A program made the position numbers and the translations under genes. The notes below the pieces were generated by a model. The model made no database searches and was not told where the DNA came from. It worked only from the letters and a program-made list of their open reading frames with translations. From positions 64,001-122,232 of IMG/VR virus record IMGVR_UViG_3300044843_000700: a stretch of DNA of 58,232 bases; one strand, written 5' to 3'. The stretch comes from a virus. Its lineage: Duplodnaviria > Heunggongvirae > Uroviricota > Caudoviricetes. Positions 9,449 to 23,300 of the stretch are shown in pieces (the first letter of the stretch is position 1; each line of letters opens with the position of its first letter).

Positions 9449-12400
9449 ATGGCAGAAGAGTTACCAAATCCAAACGATATAGCTCCAGAGACGACCCTTA
9501 ACGCTGGAGTGATAAATCCACTCAGCTTAAGACCGATCGAACTGGATCTTCCGGAGCCTCCTAAGAGTTATCCTCCGATGGTTATTCCATCAACGATGAT
9601 TCCTACACAGAAGGCTGCACCTAATCAGTCTTTACAAGGAGCGCAGGCCCTTTTAAATATGTCGAGTAATGCCGGCAGCTGGGCTAAGAATCCTTTCCAC
9701 TATAACAAAGAGAAATCTTATAATGCGGATTATGATGGTGCGAATTTCAAGCGTTATGCTGAAGTTCCTCGCTTAATGCGTGAGTACGGGTTTACTCCTT
9801 ATCGAGATAACGAGAAGCTTTACAACGAGCATGCTACAAACTGGGAGTACTTCAAGAGAAGTGCTGGTCAGAGTTGGGAGCTTATGAAAACCGGTTTCAG
9901 TGAAATGCTTCCTTGGAATGCTTGGGACGGAGAAGAAGTCGACATTGAAGCTGCTCGTGAAATGGAAAGAGCTCATGCGATCGGGCATGATTCAAGAAAT
10001 GGCTTTGGTGCCTGGGTCAATAACATGACTGTTGACTCTGGATACACATTTGGTATCCTTGCTGAATTCGCAGCAGAAGAAATTGTAGGATGGGTTGGAG
10101 CAACTTTATTAGCTCCAGAATCTGGTGGAGCATCTTGGGCTGCTATGGCTGCTGAGACAGGCAATGCTGTCAATAAGATGCGCAAACTTTGGAGCCTGGG
10201 TGACAAAGTAAAAGATATGTACAAAGGAGTCAGTCGTACTTATGACTGGATCCGCAGTGCTGATAAAATGCGAGACATGTATAATCTGGGTAAATCCGGA
10301 GTATCATGGACCGCTAAGCAACTTACTCCAGAAATGATGAAGTGGGGTAGCGATATGGTGAAGGGTGGCTTCAGCATGAAAGGCGGAGAGATGATGATCG
10401 ATATGGCCAAGGCATCAAAAGGCTTTGGAGCTTTTTATCGCGACGCCCGAGCATACGCTGCCATCGTCTCTGAAGCTAAACTTGAAGGTGGTAGTACAGA
10501 ACTACAAGTTCGAGATAAGCTTATTGATGAATATGTAGCTTCACATAATGGAGAAATGCCTAATGCTGATGAGCTGACTCGTATTTATAGGGTTGCTTCT
10601 GAAGCAGGACAAAGTACTTTCTGGTGGAACGTTCCAGCTCTTTATATCTCAAACAAGATTGTCTTTGATAAAGCGCTCAAAGGTTTCAAACCTATGTCTG
10701 CTTTCAGAGAAGAACTTGAAGTAGGGCTTAAAGGAAAGCTTGCTTACAACGAAGCTTGGAAACAAGCTGGTACTAAAGCTTGGGAAGTAGTTGATGATGG
10801 ATTCCGTTCCACGTTGAAAAGCTTGACCAAGGCTAGTACATATGCTCCTAAGAATTTACTCAAGAACGGTATCGGTACATTCGTTAATTATTCTAAGGCC
10901 AACCTAACAGAAGGTCTTCAGGAGATGTACCAAGATGCCGTGCAAAATACAATGCTTGACTACTACTCGGATAGATATTATCATCCATCCATTGAGGGTA
11001 GTCGCTCTGTACTTGGCTCTTTTGTGCAAAATGCCGGTGAGACTCTTACCTCTAAACAAGGATGGGAAACTTTTGCTTCCGGATTCTTCATGGGAGGAAT
11101 GGTACAAATGCCTCAGAAGCTGGCATTCGAGTGGGCCCCTAAAGCATGGTGGAAAATAAAAGATCCAGAAGGGTACACTAAGTACATGTCCGATCTTGAA
11201 GAGCATACCAATTCCGTGGTGAATGCTCTTAATGCGGCCACAATGGACGATAAGTTTTGGGATTCAATAACCGAGAATACCGCACAACAGCTTAATAATA
11301 AGATCCAGGCCGAGAAAGCAAATGCTGCTGGTGATAAGAAGGCGTATTACGATATCATAGATGAAGATGTATTCAACCACATGCATACTCTTCTCAAGAG
11401 TGGTAAGATAAGTCTCATAAAGGATCATCTCAAAGACTTGAAGCAGCTTGATAAGAAATCTTTACAAGAAGCGTTTGGTCCTGTTGATGAGTCAGAAGGA
11501 GATGCTATGGAGGTTTACCAGAAGCGTCTGGACTCTATGATGAGAAGAGCTGATTCTGTAGAAAAGCATTATCAAGCTGTAGAGAAGCGATTCCCTAATC
11601 CGTTCGATCCTAGTCGCTATAACAGTAAGAAAAACCCGGAAGCATACTCTAACGAGTTAAAAGCCTATCAGGCTTTCGAGCAAGCTAAAAAAGCGGCCAT
11701 GTATTCCAACTACGCATTCGAACGTTCTGTTGAACGTATGAAGAGTGTAATGGATGATCTCAACAGAAACAAGCCTGTCGGAGAAGCTGCAGCTAGTGAT
11801 TTCACTACAATACTCAACAAGCAAAATCTTGATGCAGAAGTAAGCATCCTTGAAAATGAGATTCGCACTTTCCGTCAAGGTGATTCTGAGTCTAAGTCTA
11901 AAGCAGACAAGCTCCAGAAAAAGCTTGATCATCTTAAAGATTACCAGGATGCCGTAGAACAATACCAAGAAGCTCTTCGTGTAGCTTCAAAAGATAAGTC
12001 AAAGATCTCTGATCAAGAGGTAGAAACTGCGAAGAAAGCAGCTAAGATTACCAAAGGAACAAGAGTTAAGAATAAGAAAGGTAAAGAAGCTGTAGTAGCG
12101 AAAGTACGTAAAGGTATAGCTTATGATCGAGATGGTAACAGAATCGGTAGTCTTAAGACTCTTCAGGCTGTTTCCGGAGAACGTGAATCAGAAATGCTTG
12201 ATGCTGCGACAGAAGATCTTTACGAAAAGTATCACGCTTACCTGAAGTTTATTGCTTCAGATAAAGGCACCTTTGCTCCTAATGAGGACATCATGTCTTC
12301 GTTCCAAAAAGTGAAGGATTACTACAGCTTGAACCAAGATGCTTTGGACATGTCTGATGCTGTCGACACTCTACATAATCCTGCAAAACTTGCAGAATAT

Positions 12401-14365
12401 GCTAGTCGTGTAGCTCAGGTTTACGAAGAAGCAAAGAAGCAGCATAAGAGCAAGATCGAGAATTCTTATAAGCGTTTCCTACGCATGCGTAAGATGAACG
12501 ATCTCTTCAATCAATTATACAACATAGGAGTTTTCCTTGACGAAAAAGGCATGCAGGATATTCTTGAGAACAAGATGCCTGATACTTTCTTTGACATAGC
12601 TACCAAGCAAGTTATATTCGAGACGGATCCGAAGTGGCAGCAGATAAAAGATCTTTTCGCCAGCTTCAACGCTACTACGACAGAACCAATCAAAGAGGTT
12701 AGCGTTGAAGAGAAGACTGAGCAAACTCAGGAAAAGAAAGAAGCTGCACCTACAAGTATACTTACGCTTTCCTCTTCAGTAGATCAGTTTCGAGAAGCCG
12801 GTGTTCTTGATCCTATTATCAAAGCTTACCGAGAATTTGTAGCTCTTCAGAACTCTGCTACAGCAGAAGGGTGGATTGATAAATTCGCCTTAGAGAAAAG
12901 CGATGATCAAATCGCTTACTCAGATGCTTTCAAACAGTATCTGCAAATGAGTCCTGGTGCCGTAAACAGCATCTTGCGAGAGTATAATCAACAGGTACAA
13001 CCTAAAACACCTGGTATTGATTTGGGTACAGCTGCTTCTGAACAACTCGTAGCCAAAGGACAACGCCTTGGATTTACCAAAGAGCAGCTTAATGCTATGA
13101 CTCCTGAGGAAAGAGATCTTGTTCGTCAAGCTAATGCTAAGGAAGACGTACAAGGGCTTCTTGATAAGTATGCACAGAGAGCTCCTGCTCTTTCTATTGA
13201 AGATGCTAAAGCTGATATAGAAAGAAGAAGACAAGAAGAGTTAGGGGTAATAGAGAAAAGAACTTATACAGAAGATGATGGAACTACTTTTGAAGTCCAA
13301 ATACATACTACTGGAGATAAAAAAATAGTTAAAGTTACTAACCTTGATACCAAAGGTTCTTATACTACTGAATATAGTAAAGATTTAAGTAATGATAAGA
13401 TATATGAGGTGAGTAATCCCAATGGGTTTGAGTACTCCGATGTACAAGAAGTACAAAGTAGAGGGGGTAAAAAAACTGATGCTATCAATGCTAAATATGA
13501 TGCAGAATATGTAGATGCTGTTAAAAAGGGCACAATGACTAAAGAGCAGGCTATGAAAGCTCTTGAAGAAGTTGGTAGAAAAGATAGCAGTGCTTATGCA
13601 GAACTAGCTGCTTTAGAAGGACCTAAACCTGCTGAAGGAAGAGAACCTTCTACTCGAGAACAGCACAAGATCATTGTTGATGACCTAGGTTATACTTGGC
13701 CGGAAGCAAGAGCTATGTCTGCTTCGGAAGCTCAAGCTTTGATCAATGAAGGTCTGACCAAAACTCAACGTATCGAGTTAGATCGTGACCTGGCAGAAGA
13801 AGCTGAAAGAATGGCTGAGGCTGAGAAAGAATTCCTCATGGAGTACATGGAGGAACGCATCGCTAATGCGAAGTATATCGAAGAGCTCGAGACTATTGAG
13901 AACGAGCTAATGGAAGCGCTCATCGTAGATCCTATGCGAATCGATAACGATAGGATGAATACTGCTATCGAAGCTCGTAAACAACAGCTGGCTCGTGATA
14001 TAAACTTTGAGGATATACGTGAGAACGAGGTTGTTATCATGAAGGACAATCGCAAAATGATTGTTGTAGAAAAGGATGGTAATAAGCTCAAACTTCGTAA
14101 ATTTGGCGAGACGGCTGGAGCTGTGGAAATAGTTTACCAGAATGAGGTCAAGGACAAGATCCTGTACAAAGATCAACCATTTATGAGAACAGTAGATATC
14201 AATCCGCCTGTGACTCCGGAGGCTCAAGAGACTTCCAATGAAAACGTGAGATCGGCTCAAAACTTAAACACTACCGAGGCTATCGAGGAAGATCGTAATG
14301 CGGCCAAGGTGATGACACAACAAGAAGTAGATGACGAATTCAATAACTCAATAGGCTGCGAATAA
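9449..14365 (+). CDS. Giant ejection protein 1 (membrane-channel-like, vRNAP-associated)
   Basis: 1638 aa; G/A-rich hydrophobic segments (YTFGILAEFAAEEIVGWVGATLLAP; FASGFFMGG), EGLQEMYQ motif and long coiled coils; first of three giant genes, as in crAss-like phages. Confidence 0.65.
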   Translation: MAEELPNPNDIAPETTLNAGVINPLSLRPIELDLPEPPKSYPPMVIPSTMIPTQKAAPNQSLQGAQALLNMSSNAGSWAKNPFHYNKEKSYNADYDGANFKRYAEVPRLMREYGFTPYRDNEKLYNEHATNWEYFKRSAGQSWELMKTGFSEMLPWNAWDGEEVDIEAAREMERAHAIGHDSRNGFGAWVNNMTVDSGYTFGILAEFAAEEIVGWVGATLLAPESGGASWAAMAAETGNAVNKMRKLWSLGDKVKDMYKGVSRTYDWIRSADKMRDMYNLGKSGVSWTAKQLTPEMMKWGSDMVKGGFSMKGGEMMIDMAKASKGFGAFYRDARAYAAIVSEAKLEGGSTELQVRDKLIDEYVASHNGEMPNADELTRIYRVASEAGQSTFWWNVPALYISNKIVFDKALKGFKPMSAFREELEVGLKGKLAYNEAWKQAGTKAWEVVDDGFRSTLKSLTKASTYAPKNLLKNGIGTFVNYSKANLTEGLQEMYQDAVQNTMLDYYSDRYYHPSIEGSRSVLGSFVQNAGETLTSKQGWETFASGFFMGGMVQMPQKLAFEWAPKAWWKIKDPEGYTKYMSDLEEHTNSVVNALNAATMDDKFWDSITENTAQQLNNKIQAEKANAAGDKKAYYDIIDEDVFNHMHTLLKSGKISLIKDHLKDLKQLDKKSLQEAFGPVDESEGDAMEVYQKRLDSMMRRADSVEKHYQAVEKRFPNPFDPSRYNSKKNPEAYSNELKAYQAFEQAKKAAMYSNYAFERSVERMKSVMDDLNRNKPVGEAAASDFTTILNKQNLDAEVSILENEIRTFRQGDSESKSKADKLQKKLDHLKDYQDAVEQYQEALRVASKDKSKISDQEVETAKKAAKITKGTRVKNKKGKEAVVAKVRKGIAYDRDGNRIGSLKTLQAVSGERESEMLDAATEDLYEKYHAYLKFIASDKGTFAPNEDIMSSFQKVKDYYSLNQDALDMSDAVDTLHNPAKLAEYASRVAQVYEEAKKQHKSKIENSYKRFLRMRKMNDLFNQLYNIGVFLDEKGMQDILENKMPDTFFDIATKQVIFETDPKWQQIKDLFASFNATTTEPIKEVSVEEKTEQTQEKKEAAPTSILTLSSSVDQFREAGVLDPIIKAYREFVALQNSATAEGWIDKFALEKSDDQIAYSDAFKQYLQMSPGAVNSILREYNQQVQPKTPGIDLGTAASEQLVAKGQRLGFTKEQLNAMTPEERDLVRQANAKEDVQGLLDKYAQRAPALSIEDAKADIERRRQEELGVIEKRTYTEDDGTTFEVQIHTTGDKKIVKVTNLDTKGSYTTEYSKDLSNDKIYEVSNPNGFEYSDVQEVQSRGGKKTDAINAKYDAEYVDAVKKGTMTKEQAMKALEEVGRKDSSAYAELAALEGPKPAEGREPSTREQHKIIVDDLGYTWPEARAMSASEAQALINEGLTKTQRIELDRDLAEEAERMAEAEKEFLMEYMEERIANAKYIEELETIENELMEALIVDPMRIDNDRMNTAIEARKQQLARDINFEDIRENEVVIMKDNRKMIVVEKDGNKLKLRKFGETAGAVEIVYQNEVKDKILYKDQPFMRTVDINPPVTPEAQETSNENVRSAQNLNTTEAIEEDRNAAKVMTQQEVDDEFNNSIGCE

Positions 14366-14366
14366 C

Positions 14367-17300
14367 ATGATCTGTGCATTATCGGAGAATCAACAAAGAG
14401 CTCTGCGCAAGAAGGTATATAAAGACCTGGTAGCAACTCTTCAGACGGATACCCCTTTCACTGTGAAGGGGTATGTCAATTCTGTATATAGCCAAGTACT
14501 GGAAAAGAGTGACAATCCAGAGTTGGCCTTAGCTTATGCAGCCTTGGTGCCTCGTTATATCGACCAACTTAAATCCGTTGATGATGATATTCGTAGAGGA
14601 CTGCGTTCTAAAGGTGTTAACTCTGACGTAGATATCACAGATAATATCGACAAGTTTGAAGATCCTGATACCGGTTTAAATAATGTTCGCGAATACCTAG
14701 GGTTGTCAGAGGATATCGCTCAGGAAGTTCGCGAGTTGAACCAGTCTGTTCAACAAGAAACAGAGCAACAGGAAGAAAAAAAAGAGGAGCGTATTACTCC
14801 AGAAGAGCAAGAAGTAATTCCTCCACCTGCACCAAACTTCAGCTACCAGCGTTCTGAAAAAGAATTCTCAGCGGTTAAGCCTACTGTTATGGCTGACCAA
14901 GATCAGGAAGCTTTAGAATGGAGAAACAAAAAGAGCCCTGATTACAATAAAGTGAATCCTGCGGTAGCTTTCTACTTCAAGATTAAGCGTGTGATATTAT
15001 CCAAGCTTTTTGCACCTGGAGCTAATCAGAGCAGTGAAAACATTTCTGTAAATGCGTTAGTGGGTCAAGGTGTATACCTGACTTTGATGCCGGTTAGCAA
15101 ACTGGACCGAGACAAGATTCGTCCTAAAGATCTTGAGCCTGTAGAAGCTGGTCAACCTTCGAACTGGGATTCTAACGAACCGGTTCTTGTGCTTACAGAT
15201 CGATATGGTTCAACCATATTGTTTAACGACAATGGAGAGTTTGACATTAATGGTAAGCCCGCATATTACTACTTCCGTAAAATCTATCCGAGCCAAGTTC
15301 GTGATGGTAAGGTTGACTTATGGAAGTCATCCAATCCTAACACTTCAGATGATTATGATCGCGCAGACTCATTAGCTCGTCAGAAAGGTATAAGCAAAGA
15401 AGAAGCTATTGATCAAATACGTAAAGAGCTTCAGACAGCATATGATCTTCGTCAGGCTTTAAAGAATAACCCTGATATGAGGATCCGTTCTGAGATTACG
15501 GGTGGAACCTTCGGATATCCGGCTATGGATTACAACATTGATACTCCAATATCGAGCATCAATTTTGGTAACTACCCTGTGTCATTTGATGTAGCTCCTA
15601 TGACAGATCCTACTACTGGAGCTATAAAAGGACGCACATATTTTCAGACAGCTGAGACCGGTTCTCGTCTTATTGAGGTAGAACGTCCAGCTTTGAATGC
15701 TATCAACGGTATGGTGGATCGTGTGGCAGATTTGATGTTTAAGAACATCTTGGTGCCAATTGGAAACACTATGTCTCCTATAACAAGTCAGCAGCGTCAT
15801 GACTTTATCCAACAGTATTTTATGACTCGAGGAGAAGGTCTAGATTTTATTACTGAAGAAGATGGCTCTTACAAGGTGAAGATTAAGGGTGATGTTATCT
15901 ACAAGTCTTTACCGACAAGAAAGAAAGAGGCAGATGGTACATGGACTGATATTGGTCAGTATTCTCCGGAAGTTGTTTCTGCTAAAAAAGCAGAAGCAGA
16001 TATGGCTTCAGCACAGGTAAAAAATTACCTGAGCACCTTATCACCTCAGACAAAGATTGAACGTCCTACTGATGCAGAAAAAGCTCGATCTACGAGTAAC
16101 CCTGCTGAATTTCGCGTAGGATCTATTTATAAAGCCGCTGACGGCTCTTATTGGCGAGTAGGTTATCCTAAAGCCAATATAGCTTCTGCTTACGTTAAAA
16201 CGGATTTCAAAGATGTTACGATTGAGGATCGTGATGGTAAGTCTGTTCTTAATACTACAATTCGTCCTTACGCGGACTACATCAAAGAGAACTTCGTAAT
16301 ACACTATCCAGTAAACTCTGAGGGAAGACTTACTAACCTCAATGCTTATTTCACCTTTGAGCCTTTGCAAGAGGATCTAGAAAAGGTATACAAGAAAGAA
16401 GAGCCTGCTATTAATACTCCAGTAGAATCTCCTTCTATAGAGCAATCTGACATTGCCAGCAACAACGTTAAAACAGGTCTGGATGCAGCTTTTGATGATC
16501 CTTCTCTGAATAAAGAGTTAGATCAGAAGAATGCTGATAAGAAGGCTACCCAGGAACAAATTGCTGCAGCTAAGACTTGGTATGAAAATCATCCTTTGAG
16601 CAAGCACTTTCCGTTCGAAGCTATGTTCAATGCTGTCAACAGTAAAAATCCTAGAGCTGTTGCTAATTGGACTATCCAGGGTATCACTCTTTATAAAGGC
16701 TCGGATTACTCAGATCTTTACCACGAAGCATGGCACGGATTCACTCAAGCTTTCCTTACAAAAGAGCAGAAGAAATCTTTGTATAACGAGGTAAGAAAAA
16801 AGAGCGGAAGCTTCACAGACTACAAAGGCCGTCGAGTATCTTTCAAATATGCTAGTGATAAACAAGTTGAGGAATATCTTGCTGAAGATTTTCGTCAGTG
16901 GATGTTGTCAGGAGCTAAGTCTGAAATTAAAGATCCGGTTAAGCGTAATATCTTCCAGAAGATCTTGGATTTCTTGAGAGCTCTTTTTGGAGATCTTACT
17001 CCTAGCCAATTGAATGGTGATGCTCAAGCTATGCGTACAGTGCATACTCTTTATGAGAAAATGCGCGTAGGTAACCTTAACGAGTATTCATTCTCACAAG
17101 ACAATGTAACCTTTACTATTCTTGACAAAGGAGCTGTAGCTTTCAAAGAAGATGCCTCTATACAAAGCTTGAGTTACGAAGACTCTCGCTTCCTTGTAGA
17201 AGCTATGGACTCTTTCATGTCAAAGTTTGTGGATGATTTTAGCAAGGGTAAACGTAATCAGTTATTAGCTCAGGCTCCGGATTCCCAGCTTTCCTATAAG

Positions 17301-20300
17301 TGGACAAGCACTTTGCTAAAAACACCTGCCGGTTTAAAATATGCTTACGAGCAAATCCTTAAGGATTTTGCTACAGTTCGGAATGGTCTAGCTGATCAAT
17401 TGGCTAAAGCTTCAGAAGAACAAAAGCCTGCTCTTCAGAAGCAGATTAATCGTTTAGACTGGGCTATTGATAACTTTGGTGATATCAATAACCTGATCAA
17501 CAATCGTCCGGAAAAAGGACAAGCTCCTAAGGGTATGATCGGGTACCATATGCTTAAGTCAAAAGTTCTTGAGGCCGAGAGTAAAGAAGCTTTCTTTGAC
17601 GAAGATGTCACCAAGGAAGAAGATCTATTCTTAAAAGGTCGTGAGGGCTTTGACCGTAATGGTAACGAAACTTCCTTGAAAGATCTTGCTAGCAAAGAGA
17701 TCCTTTTCATTTTGCGTGGTCTTCATAAGACTGATGTTAATGGTCGACCTGTATATGTAAATGGTACAGAAGCCGAAGTAGATGGTGTGAAAACCGGTAT
17801 ACCTCAGCTTGAAGATTTCGATAAGGTGTGGAATGTTCTAGCTAAAGCTCTTCAGAATACTCTGAGCGCTGAAGAGATGTACAAGAAAATGATCAGCTAT
17901 GGAGCAAAGTATCCAGACTTCCCTATGAAGCAATTGCTGGATAAACTGGGCCCATTACAGACAGCCGGTTCCAATGAGTTTCACTTGTGGACAAACTTCT
18001 GGCAAACCTTTAACAAGACTCGAGTTCCTTTATTGCAAACTACTGTAGAGATCACTACTCTCGATAATGAGGGACAATCTCTTGCTTTTGAGAACTGGGG
18101 ATTTGCTATTAAGCCTGGTATTGCTTTCAGTGATACAAAGCGCATCCAAACAGCTTGGCAAGGAATGTTTGCTGCAGAAGAGACTCCTTACATCAAACCG
18201 GATAAAGGTGGTGTAAATACTCTTGATCTTGATAAGGTGATCAAAGATTTTCCTTTGAACAGTTTACCTGGAAGAGAGCTTCAGTTCTTACGTGCTATAG
18301 GATTTAAGCTTGATGAGAACAACGAGGATATCTCTAATGCGCTAAAGAGTAAAGAAGTTGCGGTTACTCCCTTCTGGTATGCCATAAATAATCTACGCAT
18401 GCGTAGAGATTCTGCAGGAAGACCAGCTGTTCGTATAACGCGTCTCGTTCAGTTGAAGGCTGAGTATCCGGAAGTACCTAAGCGTAATTCTGATGGAAGT
18501 ATTGTTCGTGATGAAAAGATACCGGCTCTTAGAGGAGAAGGTGCTAACTTCAATGCTATCCTTGAGCTGCAGGCTAAGTACTCTGACAAGTGGGGTAATT
18601 TCATGGTAACTAATGCTGAGGGTAATACTCAGTTTGAACATACACTCAACAACTCTCTAACCGTTATGGTTAATGCTATCAATGATGTTTCCTCTTATGA
18701 AGAGTTAATCTCTCTTCCTTGGATGAGTCATCTTGATGTAAAGCGTAATCCTTTCGCCAAAGCTTCTTTATGGCTGAACTCTGTGTTCAACATGAACGAC
18801 AAGTATCCGGATGGAAAAATCCGAGGCTTGAAGCGTATGGATAAGAAGGGTAATCCTGTAGTGATGAACCTTCAGAATCTAAGCGGTGTTGCCATAAACA
18901 AAGACGGTCAGTTTGATAACGATCTAGGTATCGCTTCAGCTAAAGCCGATGCTGTCACTAAACTCCTGATGGATTTCCACATGGTACTCCTTAAAGGAGC
19001 TCCTGAGTTAACGCGTCACGCTGATAAAGGTACTTCCTTCTCTGTTTACCTGAGCAACATTTATACTCGAGGAGATAAACCAAGTACTACTTACGTGGAT
19101 ACTCTGGACTTCTTGAGAAGCATTAAAGATAGCACTGGTGTAGATACCGGTGTTACAAGAGCTGATGTAAATCTTCTCGATAACATTCTGATGCCGCATA
19201 TTGCTGCAGAACTTTCTCGTATCAAACAGATGCGAGATATGGAAGCTATGCGCAAAGAGAATAAGGCTTCTGTACAAAACTTCGACTTCAAATATATGGA
19301 GCGTGGTAAAGGCTTTGTTGTCTTTTCGGACGTCCTTTCCTCTCCTACAAAAAAAGCTTTGCTAAAGGTAGAGGGTGACCTTATGGATTTCCTCAACACA
19401 GCAGACCCGAAAGCTGTCAGATTGAAAACTGCAATCAGCAATGACGTTCAAGCTTACTTCAGCAAGGAGTCTGCTCGAGTTGGAAAAATGTTCAACAAGG
19501 CTAAGAATCGTGATGGTAAATCTTTGATCTCGGATAATCTTTACAAGAAGATCATAGGTGATGCGAATAACGATGCTGACCTTCGTGGTAAGTTCAACAA
19601 GAATAGTGCTCAACTCAAAGATGCTTTGGTGAAATCCTTTGTAGTGAATTCTTGGGTACATAATCTAGAGTCTATCTCTGTTATTTATGGAGATCTTGCT
19701 CTTTACAATATGGCCAAAGAAGAATTCCATAAACGTAACGCCGGAGCTGGATCTACTGGAACAATATATCGTACCGATGCTCAAGCTGTGAGCTATGTAA
19801 ACAATGTTCTTGGAAGAGGGTACTATAGCAAGAACTTTCCTGGTCAGCCGGTAAAACAGTTCAATGGTACTTTTGATACAGCCATCGTAAAAGACAATGA
19901 GATACGCTCTGTGTACTTTAAAGAGTATGCTGAGGCTATGATCCAAGATGAAATAAACCGAGGTCTTTCTGAGACAGAAGCTAAGAAAAAAGTTCTTGGT
20001 GTAGACAAATCCGGTAAGATAGGTACAATTGAAGAACCTATTAAAGGAGGTCTTGCTTATGCCTATCAGGAGATGAATGAAGGTGATGCTCAAGGATGGA
20101 TCACCTTTGACTCATATCGTATACTACTTACTCTTGAAGGTAAGTGGAGTGATGCTCAAGAGAAGATGTACCAGAAGATTATTGCTGGAGATCGTGTGAG
20201 TCCTGCTGATGTTACCATGTTCTTCCCTACCCAAAAGGTTCAGTACTTTGGTCCTTTGCAAACAGAAGGATTACCTATCACAGCTTTCCATAAGTTCTCA

Positions 20301-23300
20301 CTGTTCCCTCTTATCCCTAGTGTTATTCAAGACAAGCGTCTGAAAGATCTACACGATAAGATGACTACAGAAGGTGTAGATTACGCTCTGTTCCAATCCG
20401 GTTCCAAAGTAGGAACTATCACCAAGGAAGGTAAGAATGACAAGCTTTACCTCGAAGAAACAGATCGTAAGATAGACGAAAGTCCGTTTACCAAGAACAC
20501 AATCTTCCTTAACTACCTGAAGAACCAGCTGGAGATTGCTCCAAAGTTCAAGGAGAAAGTAATATTCTCTACACAGCTTCGTAAGCTTATCGAAGATGGT
20601 TTAGTTGAAGGTGGTGTACCTACAGATTTCAGACCTGATCTAGACCTTAATAAGCGTCGTCAAGCTTGGAAAGCTCTAGGTTCTGATCAGGCTCGTCTTG
20701 ATCAATCTAAGAACTATCGCTTGTACAAAAACTATGAAGCGAATGTTGCTAAGCTTACCGAGCTTAAGAAGCAGGAACTTCTTGACGAGATGCAATGGAC
20801 TATTGTTGATGGTAAGGCTCAAGGAAGTCTTGAAAACTTGTTGAAGTTTGTAAGAGAAGAACTCACAAGACAAGACATGGCCGATCACGAAATAGATTTC
20901 ATCGATCTTGGTCGTGGTGGTAAAGGTTTAAAGCACGATCTATCAATGTCACTTTCTGCTGAGAAGATTGAGAAGATGCTGAATGCTATTGTGACAAGAC
21001 GTTTGATTAAGCAGAAGGTGAATGGTGAAGGTCTTATCCAGGTTTCTGGTGCAGGCTTTGAGAGTTCATCATCTACTGGTCGAAATTATACTAACCCTAC
21101 AGATGCTGATAAAGCTAAGTGGGGTACAAATGATTTACCTACCTATCACCGAAAAGCAGACGGAACAACTGCTGCTATGAAAGTGAAAGTAGCAATGCAA
21201 GGACAGTTTAAGAAACTGCTCGAGCTTAAAGACAAAGAAGGTAATCGCATCGGATCCCTAGATCGTCTGAACCAGTTGCTCAAAGATGACGCATGGTTAG
21301 ACATGGATGAACACCGTCGTATGATTACAATGGTTGGTGTGCGTATTCCAGTACAAGGTTTGAACTCTATGGAGTTCATGGAAGTGTACGAGTTCCTTCC
21401 GGAAGAAGCAGGAAACATTATCGTTCCACCAGCAGAGATCGTAGCTAAATCAGGATCTGACTTTGACATCGATAAGCTTACAGTAATGATGCCTTCGTAT
21501 CGTACACAAAAAGATGCAGAAGGTCGTAGTACTACAGTGATGGCCCGTCAGGTTTCTGATAAGGAAGCTAAGGCTCTTTACGAAATGTACAAGGATTACA
21601 AAGTAAGATCTGAGCGTCGTAAAACAGAGATATCACCTAGAACAGCTGGTACAAGAACTCTCGAAGATCTTGCTGTATACGATGATTTGATGTACAGTAT
21701 ATTTGGTGTTTCTCCAGAAGAGCTTGATGCTGAAATGAAAGAGATGCTTCTTGAAGAAGGTAAGATGCAGTCTTATGAAGACTTCTTCCGTAAGCTTAAT
21801 GGCACAAAAGCTGTAGAGAATGATCTTATCTGGAATATCAAGGAGATCTTAGAGCAACCTGAAAACTTTGCCAACCTAGTTCGTCCGAATGGTACAGATA
21901 TCGTTAAGCCTCTTGCTGATGAGTTAGCAAGTAAGGTGATCGAGTACAATCCTAAGGAAAGATTATCTGGTGAACTTTCTCCTGAAGATGCTGAAGAGTT
22001 ATCCGAGTCTACAAGTAATGTTGCAGGATCTCGCGTGCTTGAAATAGGCTATAACCTTTACAAGCATAGCTCCAATAATATTGGTAAGCAAACTCTAGGT
22101 CTAGGTGCAGTTGACAACACCTACAACGTCATCTTCAATCGTATTGGTGCTTACATGAACCCTACAGGTAAAGTTAAGATCAATCGTGGTAGAAATATTC
22201 TCGAGGTTCGTCAGACATTGTTGATGCCTCACAATACTCTAGACGTAGATGGTAAAGAAGCAATTTCTCTTTCTCATGCTATGGCTAAAGATGGCAATCG
22301 TATTTCTGACGTGATATCTCAGCTTATAAATGGTTGGGTGGATATCGCTAAGGATGCCTGGATCTTCAATATTCAAGGTAACAAAGAAGTAGCACCTACA
22401 CTATTATTCATGGTTCAAGCCGGTGTTCCTTTTAAGACTGCTGTTTACTTAGCCTCTCAACCTATGGTTAGAGATTATGTAGAAGCTCAGCGTCTAGCAA
22501 AAAGCACCTTTGGAGATCTTATGGGTACTGCTGCAGAGAATGTAAACTTCTACCGCAACCAAGCTAGAAAAGCTATTCTTTCCGGTGGAAAGTATGGTTT
22601 CAATCTTGATCCTAGAAAAGTAGAAAGACAAGATAAAGCTTACATGTACAAAGCAACAGTAGAGCTTACAACAAAAGCTTTTGCTGAAGATAACGGTCAG
22701 GTGGTAGACTCAAAACTTACCAGCGAAATCGATAAGTACAAAGAAGCCATTAAAGCTGGAACAGAGCCTGAGTACTCCGAGTATCAAAGAGCTGCTTTCC
22801 TGCACTTCCTTGAAATAGAAGAGATGGCTAAAGCTGTTCGTGATATCAAGATGCGCCTGAACTTCGATACCAGCAAATCTGATAGCTTATTCGATGCTCA
22901 GAACAGAACTCTTATGCTCAATGAGCTAAGAGAGAATGGTCGTATTCCTGAGAACATTGTCGATAATATTCTTAAGCACTCTGTTATTGGTAGCTTCTAT
23001 GTTCAACCTTTTCAGCTAGAAGTATGGAAAGATCTTTTCCCTCTTCGTAATAGCCCGGTACTGAACAAGTGGTTAGCCGATAAGATGCAAGAAGGTATCA
23101 TGGATGATGTTAACGATACTTTCGGTGATGCAGAAAAGTTTGCCAACGAACTTCGTAACGATCTTGTGAGCTTCATCTTCCAGAATACTGTAAAAGGATT
23201 TGATGTTGACAAGCTTACTCATTACAAAGGTGAAGCCCTAGAAGACATGAGTGCTTCTAAGCTGAACGAAAAAGAGATGGTGTCTAGCTTAGCTATTGGC

